From: a virus
Lineage: Duplodnaviria; Caudoviricetes
Virus record (IMG/VR): IMGVR_UViG_2843291059_000004
Coordinates: 70,479-134,478 of that record
Length of the DNA stretch: 64,000 nucleotides
Strand: one strand, 5' to 3'
Of the stretch, positions 30,174 through 38,900 are shown piece by piece. Within the stretch, counting starts at the first letter, position 1. The number at the start of each line of letters is the position of its first letter. The translations under genes and the position numbers were made by a program. Under the pieces are notes generated by a model. It saw only the letters and a list, made by a program, of their open reading frames with translations, had not been told where the DNA came from and did no database searches.

Positions 30174-30756
30174 TGTAGAGACACTTTTCAATATCTTTGT
30201 TCCAGGTGCTATTTGCGTATGGTGTTACTCTAAGTTATCCTTGCGGAAAATGGAATACCAAGGATATCTCACTCTTAGTATTGCCATTGGTTTCGTAATT
30301 AAATACTGTGTGGATTACGCTGACCGTTTGCTAGGACGGTTTACAATTGCTGGATTTCCGATAATTGTTGTGTACGTTTTAGTTGGAATCATCGGAGCTA
30401 TCATTTTTTATAAAGGAAAGAATTCGATTTGTGTAAGACGCAATGTGTCGAAATTTCTTGGTGTTGACTCTGGTGACAATGTTTGGACAAGGCATCTCGA
30501 TCCAGAAGGAAACTTGCTTACACTCCATATGGATGATGACACATATATTCTTGGATTGTTTGAGAATGCAGACGATGAGTATATTACACTGACGAATTAT
30601 TGCTATGCAAAAACGCCTGCTGGAAAAGATATGGATGAGGCTGCACAAAAGCCATACACTGATGCTGTTTTATGCGTTCCAACAAAGCGAGTTAAGCAAT
30701 TTGAAATTTTGTATCCAAACCCTGAGTCCAAAACTGCAAAGTATGTTCTGCGTTAA
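30145..30756 (+). CDS. 3-TM membrane protein with a C-terminal beta domain (DUF6338-like; intron cargo)
   Basis: IFVPG, three hydrophobic helices, NVW, YILG; terminator 30774-30801. Confidence 0.65.
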   Translation: MTEIIKLINNVETLFNIFVPGAICVWCYSKLSLRKMEYQGYLTLSIAIGFVIKYCVDYADRLLGRFTIAGFPIIVVYVLVGIIGAIIFYKGKNSICVRRNVSKFLGVDSGDNVWTRHLDPEGNLLTLHMDDDTYILGLFENADDEYITLTNYCYAKTPAGKDMDEAAQKPYTDAVLCVPTKRVKQFEILYPNPESKTAKYVLR

Positions 30757-30807
30757 AACAAATACGACCACTACCCTGCTACTTTGTGTAGCAGGGCTTT
30801 TCTTTTG

Positions 30808-30897
30808 TCACCACTCATACCCACAATTCTTACACTTGAACTGTTTGCCGGGCTTTCTGCTTGCCCAGCCCCATATTGCTACATCAACCAACTTTGC
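30808..30897 (-). pseudogene. 3' remnant of the Zn-ribbon gene (AKLVDVAIWGWASRKPGKQFKCKNCGYEW*)
   Basis: Aligns with the C-terminus of 32514..32927. Confidence 0.8.
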
Positions 30898-30923
30898 ATT
30901 TTTTAATCGAGGTGAATTCGTAT

Positions 30924-31076
30924 ATGAAAATTGAAATTGAAACAAAAGAACTCACTGCCTTTCTTGACTATATCAAGGGGCAGCGAGAACCTATTGGTAA
31001 CACTCAAGTATTAGCTGAGGAAGTTGTTAAGGGACTGCCTCAAAAAATCACTTCACAACTCAATCTTCGTACTTGA
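30924..31076 (+). CDS. 50-aa hypothetical protein (MKIEIETKEL...; intron cargo)
   Basis: GAGGTG RBS. Confidence 0.6.
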   Translation: MKIEIETKELTAFLDYIKGQREPIGNTQVLAEEVVKGLPQKITSQLNLRT

Positions 31077-31266
31077 GTACACCAATTTTTTCGAGAGTAG
31101 CAACAAGAGATGCGGTGGCGTCTGTGACTGCCATATTGTACGCAGCGGCGACCATTTGCTCAACTGTTATCTTCTTGTCTTCTCTTTCCGACAGAACGTT
31201 GGCAAAATCATTCAGATTCTTCTCGATCTCGTCCTGAAGAATCTTATTAAATTCTTCTCTAGTCAT
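31060..31266 (-). CDS. 68-aa hypothetical protein (intron cargo), paralogue of 29593..29793
   Basis: AGGAGG RBS; MTREEFNKIL...GVLKYED versus MTHKEFNEIL...GVIKFED. Confidence 0.75.
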   Translation of the reverse strand: MTREEFNKILQDEIEKNLNDFANVLSEREDKKITVEQMVAAAYNMAVTDATASLVATLEKIGVLKYED

Positions 31267-31358
31267 TGTAGTCTCCTCCTTTCTTCTAGTCTTTATTTAA
31301 GTCTACCATAAAAAGACAAAATGTAAAGAGAACGGGAGGTCACATTTGACGTAGAATG

Positions 31359-31660
31359 TTAGAACTCATACCCACATGCCTTACATTTAAACTGCTTTCC
31401 AGGTTTCTTACTCGCAAATCCCCAAATTGCTACATCAACCAGTTTAGAGCCTGCACCTATTTTGTCGAGATGGGGGCATCCGCAGACGGGGCATTTTGGG
31501 GTGTAAACAGGTTTTGCTACTTCTGGAGTTTTGGTTTCAGCGCCTCTTCCCTCTCGGCTCTCACCTTAGCGTCAAAATCGTTAAAGTCTTTTTCGAGTTG
31601 GCTATCACCATCAAACGGATTTGTTACCACACGTCTTGGTTCGCCAGAGCCATAATCAGA
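31359..31660 (-). pseudogene. 5'-truncated, frameshifted copy of the Zn-ribbon gene
   Basis: ..NDFDAKVRAEREE / PVYTPKCPVCGCPHLDKIGAGSKLVDVAIWGFASKKPGKQFKCKACGYEF*; frame change near 31520. Confidence 0.8.
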
Positions 31661-31697
31661 GACACGTTAATTCACATCCTTTTCTTTGGAGGTATTT

Positions 31698-31919
31698 ATG
31701 TATTATTTTGCACATTACGAAAAAGATCAAAACTATTTTGCGTCTGATTGTAATAACTCAAAGGACGGAAGTGTTGAAGCTAAAATTTGGAACAAAGGAA
31801 CTCATTCTTGGGAGCAGAAATGTTTTTCTGCGTTCGAAGAATTCAAAGCTTTTACGGATCAACTATGTATGGCTGACGAGGGATCTCTGTCACGCGGTAA
31901 GATTCAGTATCATCTATGA
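31698..31919 (+). CDS. 73-aa hypothetical protein (intron cargo; 3' end overlaps the convergent gene)
   Basis: GGAGGT RBS, ATG 31698. Confidence 0.5.
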   Translation: MYYFAHYEKDQNYFASDCNNSKDGSVEAKIWNKGTHSWEQKCFSAFEEFKAFTDQLCMADEGSLSRGKIQYHL

Positions 31920-32496
31920 CGATTAAATCGACTTCTTCACTTACGGAGTCATATTTCTTTGCGGTCAAAGAAGTCATTTTCTTTACGAAGTCAACCATAT
32001 TAGAGAAGTCCATATTACTAATATCGTAGTTGCCTTTATGAAACTCTTCTGTGTATACGTCGTGCATTCCAGATGCCACAGCATAGTCTATCCCAATATT
32101 GGGGTGAACTATTTTACTACTTGTGTCTGTATAAAGAATGACGTTATTTCCATCTTCAATAGCCGCATCGATTAGGTAAACAATATTTTTGCTGGTTCTT
32201 GCTGATAATTCCTGTAAGAGAAAATTGAGCTCTTCTTTTACGGACATTAACATCATGTCAGAAATTTTTAAGAGGTCAAGAATTACAATATGTGTTTTCT
32301 GTTTATTATCTAATTCGCCAGCTCCGGTGAATGCAACTGCGTGACCTTGTTTGGTTAGGTAAGATTTCTGAGCAAAGTTGTCGTGCCATTCTTCCACTAT
32401 TTTATTAGTATCAGGGTCCGTTAGTGTAATTGTTGTACACACATCAGTGGATACAACAATACCGTTTTTGTTACAGACAGCTAGTGCTAGAGACAT
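31852..32496 (-). CDS. Ntn-hydrolase/proteasome-beta-like protein (intron cargo)
   Basis: MSLALAV..GIVVSTD N-terminus, K..G.AVAFTG, ASG, SVS..VD pattern. Confidence 0.55.
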   Translation of the reverse strand: MSLALAVCNKNGIVVSTDVCTTITLTDPDTNKIVEEWHDNFAQKSYLTKQGHAVAFTGAGELDNKQKTHIVILDLLKISDMMLMSVKEELNFLLQELSARTSKNIVYLIDAAIEDGNNVILYTDTSSKIVHPNIGIDYAVASGMHDVYTEEFHKGNYDISNMDFSNMVDFVKKMTSLTAKKYDSVSEEVDLIVIDDTESYRVTEIPRQPYIVDP

Positions 32497-32513
32497 TCTA
32501 ATTCACTTCCCTC

Positions 32514-32927
32514 TTACCATTCGTAACCACAGTTATCGCAATGAAACTGAACTCTAGGCTTACGCGCCAGCAGTCCCCAAACGGCGGCGTCAACTAATTT
32601 TGCCGTGGTTGATACTTTGTGAATGTTGGGGCTATGACAGGTTGGGCAGGTAGGCACATACTTCGGATGTTCTTTCTCCTCCAAATCGGCTCTATATTGA
32701 GCGTCAAAGGCATTGGCTTTATCTTGCATCTCTTTAACAAAATTCGGGTCTAATTCTGAGATATCTCTTTTGGGTCTGTTTGTAAACCTCCAATTGATTT
32801 TTTTCTGCTCGCTCATTCCGTTCCATTGAGGCAATAGAATAGTATCTCTCAAACAAAACGCGCACAACAAATCTCTTTTATGGTAATATTTGTCGCAAAA
32901 TGGGCAATACCGTACATATTCTTCCAT
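32514..32927 (-). CDS. double zinc-ribbon protein (intact copy; intron cargo)
   Basis: CPFC..CAFC and CPTC..CDNCGYEW; GAGGAG RBS. Confidence 0.8.
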   Translation of the reverse strand: MEEYVRYCPFCDKYYHKRDLLCAFCLRDTILLPQWNGMSEQKKINWRFTNRPKRDISELDPNFVKEMQDKANAFDAQYRADLEEKEHPKYVPTCPTCHSPNIHKVSTTAKLVDAAVWGLLARKPRVQFHCDNCGYEW

Positions 32928-32950
32928 GATTTCTCTTCTCCTCGAAATCG

Positions 32951-35900
32951 ATATTAACTTTCTTCACGGTAGATGCTAACATTCAAAAGTTACAAATTCA
33001 GACATTTTCTAAAATAAAAGCGTCTCTTGTTGACTTAATCGCGCAATACAAAGCATACAAAAAGGCTTTGGGCGAGACAAATCTTTCCATATCTGATTTT
33101 ATCAAATGGCTAATCTCTGGTCAAGCCCCAATTGATGCTACGAAGTTAAAGATTTTGGCTCTTCGTGGTGCTGCGTTACTTTTGAATATGGCCCTTGGTG
33201 TTGTTACTGGGCTTGTAGTTTCCTCTCTTATTGGTGCGATTACAAGCTATACACAGCGGATTGATACAGCAGCTACAAAAACGAAAGAAGCTGCTGATGC
33301 GGCCAACAACACGACTTCTTCCTTGAAGGATTTAGTCGATGCCTACAAAGAACTTGGTGACAAGTCTGGTTGGAGTACAGAAGATTTTGACCAAGCAAAG
33401 GATATCCAAGAGGAGCTTTTGGCTCTTGCAAAAGAACAAGGCACTCTTGACGAAAACAAAGCAAATCAGCTTGATCTTCAAAATGGAAAATATGAAGAAC
33501 AACTTGGTTTGCTGAAGGATATCACGGAAGAACAGCTCAAAGATTCCGAGTCGAAGTTGATGCAATCCAAGGATGCTCAAAGCAATAAGCTAGTTAAAAC
33601 AGCAAAAGATAACAATCGCTCTCATTTCTTTAGTTCTATTTCTGCAAATGCCAACCTTGGTATTATGAATGAGTTAAAGGATGCGGGGATTGATGTATTC
33701 AATAAGAGCGGTGATTTTGGCGTAAAAGACCTTAATAGTCCAGATTCTATTGCAAAGTATTATTCCGAACTTGGTAGAGCTTTAGATTATATTGTTCAAA
33801 ATACAACTGAAGCACAAAGAGCAGCCGGAGGTGCGTATCATACTGTTTATCAGTATTTAATGGATGAAGAAGCCGCACTTCATGATGATGTGGATGCTTA
33901 CAATGATTCTACCGATGCCATCAACAATAATACGAATGCTCGTAGAAAGCTTCAAGCTGTAGATTTTTGGCAGAATGACAATAATAACAGTATGGATGTT
34001 AGCTTTACTTTTGATAAAGTAAATTCTGCCGTTCAAACACTGGAAGATACAATTGATGGGTTTGATGCTAGTAAACTAAATGAACTCTTATGGGGTACAA
34101 ACGAAGGATTGTCTGATGAGCAAGCTCAAGCTCTCGCAAATCTTCGTAAGGCTCTAACCGACATGGACTTCTCCGCTGATACAAACGGCGTGAATGCGTT
34201 TATCCAAGCACTTGTTCAAGTTGGTATTGTAGCTCAGTCTTCTGCAAATGATGTTGATGCGGTAGCACAAGCTTCTCAGAAGATGGAGGATATCTCCTCT
34301 AAGATTGATGAGATTCAGACTGCTTATAAGAATGCGACCACCGCTATTGAGGAGTACAATAAATATGGCTATTTGAGTGCGGACACACTCCAAACTCTTC
34401 TTAATGAAGACTTCGAGTATCTGAGTTGTCTCGAACTCGTTGATGGTCAGCTTCAGGTGAATACCGAGAAGTATCAGGGTATGATTGCCGCTCAGTATCA
34501 GTCTGCGGCCATGGCTCTTGTTGAGAAAGCAAATGCGGAGCTTGCAAAGATTGCTCAGGGCGAAAAGAAGGATGCAGTCGAGGATGCAACCAAGGCAACA
34601 GAAGACCAAGCAACAGCTTTGACTGAACGGGTCTGTCCTGCCCTTGGCGAGTTTGCAAAAGCATCTATGACAGCCGCTGCAGCACAAGAGTTCTTGGCAA
34701 ATGGAGATGCAGCATGGTCTGTTGACCCAGAAAGGACTAAAGAGGTCTATGCTGGCCTTGCTTCTGGTTTAGATATTTTGGACGCAACTGTTGACCAAAT
34801 TATGGGCAATTCGGATAAGTTCCGTCAGCACATGAATGGTTTTGATAAGGAAACCAAGAACCGGAATAAGAATACTGCCAAATCTGTAACTGATGTAGCT
34901 TCTGCCTTCGATACCTTAAATAAGGCAATGAAGGAGTATAACCAGTATGGTTATCTGTGTGCTGACACAGCAAAGTCTTTGATTGGTCTGGATGATAAGT
35001 TCACGGCTTGCCTAACAAAGCAAGGCGATAAGCTCCAAATCAATGTAGAGCAGTTCCGTAAGTTTGTGAAAGAACAACTCAAAGAAGCGAATGCCGCAAA
35101 AGATGGCGGAAAATCAGCTGATGAGATGAATAAAATTCTGAATTATCTTGATCAGAATGTAGATACAACAACCATCTCTTTTGAGCAGCTGACTGACGCT
35201 ATCAAGGGTTACGGCACTGCGATGGATGAAGCCAAGGAAAAGACGGACGCTATAAAATCCGCATTTTCTGACTTATACAGTGTTGGCTTGAATAAGCAAG
35301 ACAACGATTTTGGGTTCTTAGATTCGGATGATATCGAGAAGAAATTCCAAGCTATCCGTAATTTATATGGTAACACAGATTTGTTTACCAATCAAGCATA
35401 TAAAGATGCTTTGAATCCAGAAACCGGTGAGATTGATTACAATAGCGATGCATTCAAGCAGATGTTTGCTGATTATCTCGCAGGGCTTGCAACAACTGCT
35501 CGTGAGACTGGTGGTGAGGCTGGAGAATATCTTGCTCAAGGTTTTGAGGACGCTGCGGCTAAGATCTCTCAGAATGTGATGAGCATTCGCGAGTACATCG
35601 ACGGTATTGGTTCTTCGATTGAACGTGCCAACAATCAGATTGATGGGTTCCAGAGCGCATTTTCTGACATCCAAGACATTGTTAAAGAGTATAATACCTA
35701 TGGTGGTCTGAGCATTGATAATTATCAGAAGCTCATGAGTCTGAGTGACGACCAAATCAAATGCTTGAAACTTGAAGGCGACCAGATCAAGTTTGATACG
35801 CAGCTTTACAAAGAACTCTTCAAATTAAAGATTCAAGCAATGATTGACGAGTATGACAAGGCTGACCAGACAAAAGCTCTTGCTCAACGACTTCGTGAAT

Positions 35901-38900
35901 TACTTGCGGCAGTTGATAAGGCTGGCGATGGATTTACCAGTGCGGCTGATAAGGCCAAGAATTTCGAAGACACCCTTTCGAATATCAAATCACTTTTATC
36001 TGACTTGATTGGTGTCTTTGAACAGTTCAATACGGACAAGTCCAATGACCTCAAGATTCAGGGCGACGCATGGCTTGACGTGATTGACAAGCGAATCGAT
36101 GCACTGAATGAACAGAATGATGCCCAGGAACGAGCCATTGAACTCTCCAAAGCTCAGGACGCACTCGAAAAAGCCAAAGCTAATAAGACTGTCCATGTTT
36201 ATCATGCCGGCGGAAGTGGCTTCGAGTGGGAGGCTGACCAGAACGCCGTTCGTGATGCACAGTCTACACTGGATGACACGATTCGAAAGAACCGCAAAGA
36301 GGACGAGATTGATCGACTGAACAAACTGAAGAAGGCCGTCCAGGAAAATAACGAGCTGATTGGCTCCAGTTTTGAGGATTATGAGAAGAAGAAGAAATAT
36401 CTCGCAGAGTTCGACAAGATGACCTACGATGATATGATTTCTTACAATGAAAATTGGAAAAACTCTATCCTCGGCAATATGAAATCCACACAGGTCGTCA
36501 CGAATGTCAACGAAATTATCACTAAAATTGAGAAGCTGATTACGACACTTGAGACTCTGAATAATGTGCTGACGTGGATTAGTACGCTTGGAAAGAGCAC
36601 AGACGGTGGCGGACTGACTGGTCTGTTTAGCAAGAATGGTCTGTTTGGCAATATCGGTAATTTCATAAGTACAGCGAAAACAAAGGGGCTCGAAACAGCA
36701 GCGAAGGAAGTAATTGGAACATTCCTAGACAATACCGGTGCGGCACTCGAAGCGAATGCAGACAATCCTATCATTAAAGCGGCAACTGGTCTATGGGATA
36801 AGTTAAAGGGAATTTTCTCTGGTAAAATTGTAGCGACAGGCGTTGAAGCTGGTGTGGACGAGACTCTGGCTACTTTGGCGAAAAAAGAAGTCGTTCAAAA
36901 AGGCGCTGGCAATCTACTCACACGGTTCGGTGGAGCTGCGGCGACAACTGGAGCATCTACAGCGGCGACAACTGGAGCAGGAACTGCCACGGTAACTACT
37001 GGTATTTCTTCTATTCCTGTCGTTGGCGCACTTATTGCGGTCGCTGTAAATAACGCTGTTCAGCAATTCGGTAAGATCAGTAAAGAAAACACCAAGATCT
37101 GGGCAGATCAAAATAGCACGACTGGTGAGAAGATCGTAAGCAGTGTTGGTAACGTGCTCTATCACCTCTCCCCTGTTGAGGGTTGGGATAAGTCGGTTCA
37201 ATATGCTAAGATGGCCGCTGAGGGCGAAGGTCTGTGGCAAAAATTAGAATATGGTGCGAAATCCCTATACTATGCGACTGGCCTTGGTACGATGCTGGAC
37301 AATATCTGGAACACCATCAAGAGTATTCTCAAAGTCTTCGGTGTGAAGTTCAAGGAAAGTGGCGATGGTGTCAGCACATCTAGTTCTGTTTCTGGCAAAA
37401 AGGGTGTTGGCTCGTGGAAGATCTGGCCGTGGAACTGGGGCAAAAAGGCAAAAGGCGATAAGAAAATCAAGAAGTCTGCTCCGTACAATGTTGATGAAGA
37501 AGGCGACGAAATTATCGTCCGTAAGCCTCAGACTGGCCGGATGACCTATCTCGAAAAGGGCGACGGTGTTATTCCTGCAAATGAGACTGAGAATCTGATG
37601 ACGATCGGTAAAAACCCGCTCAAGTGGTTGACTGAAAATGTCGGTAAGATTCTTGGCGCTTCTGCCGCGAAAGATGTCGTAGAAGGCAAGGTCGATGAAG
37701 GGGCTGTCACAAAAGCTTCTCAGGTTCTTGCAAGCTCTGTTGTGAACACTTTCTCTTCTGCATGGAATACCGTGAAGATGAGCACAGAAGACCTGATTGA
37801 CTCCATGAATGACTCGTTCCAGGGCGGGTCAACAAGTGTTACGACGGCTGCTGGCACCATTCTTAGCCGAGTCAAGACCATGTTTGGCAAGGCCAATATG
37901 GGGAAACTGTTGGGCAGCTTCAGCTCCGGTGTTTCTGGCGCTATCTCAAAGAGCGCAAAAGAGTATTCTTCTACTACGGAACTGTTGAGTGGTACAAAGA
38001 GCAAAACCATCGACACAATGAACAAGATGCGGTCTACGTTTGAAAGTACGTGGGCTTCTGTGGCAAAAGAGACTGGCGTAAGCAAAGATAAGATCACTTC
38101 GATTAGTTCTGAAATGTTCAGCAAGATGGAAGCCTTGGTGAATCAGACGTACGATGCGATCGACAGCAACGCCGGTATGAGTTCTGACCAACTGAATGAC
38201 ATCACAAAGAGTTTGTTCCAGTCGATGCAGAGCATTTACACTTCTGGTTGGAATGCCGTCTATGCTACTTCTACTGGCATGTCTCAGGAAACCGCAAATA
38301 CACTGAATTCCGCATATAAGTCCTCTTCTGATGGCTGCACCAAGGCAATGGATACCATCCGTAACACGATGGTCGGCAGCTGGGAGCAGTGCGGCGGTGG
38401 CGTTCAGAATTTGGCAAATGGTACCTACCAGACACTGAGTAAAGCATGGGCAGATTCCAGCGGAAGCGCAGAGAAGATGCTCTATGATACCCGTGCCTGC
38501 TTTGATTCTGGCTGGGGTGCTGTGGAACAGGGTGTCAGCAGTTTGGCAAATAACCCGAAAGACAAGCTTTCAACAGCTTGGGCAGAAATTACTTCTCAGA
38601 GTAATGCTACATTTGGTGCGGAAGGTACACTGAAGACCGATGCAGACAATGCTTGGAAGAATGTGGAGCCGGGCGCTACGAACTTGTCGAAGAATATGCA
38701 GTGGACCATGGATCAGGCTTACCTCGCTACAAAGCAGGGCTGCTCTGATACCGTCAATTCTGTCAATACAAACCTTAATTCGACGTCAGCAGGTTTCAGT
38801 GCGATTGCCAGCGCAATTGATGCTGTCAACAAAAAAGCATCCGATTCGGAAGAAGTTGCAAAGAATACAGGACACGCATGGTATGAATGGGTGCTGAATC

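Larger units (their letters stand above)
28148..32950 (+). mobile_element. giant (4803 nt) group I intron carrying accessory genes
   Basis: P1 GGGT/GCCC(28159) U.G; P 28229; Q TCAGCAG 28393; R GTTCATCGACTA 28440; S AAGGATAGTC 28477; P10 AAAGTTAATAT (28148-58) is the exact reverse complement of ATATTAACTTT (32951-61); terminal G 32950; in-frame join. Confidence 0.88.
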
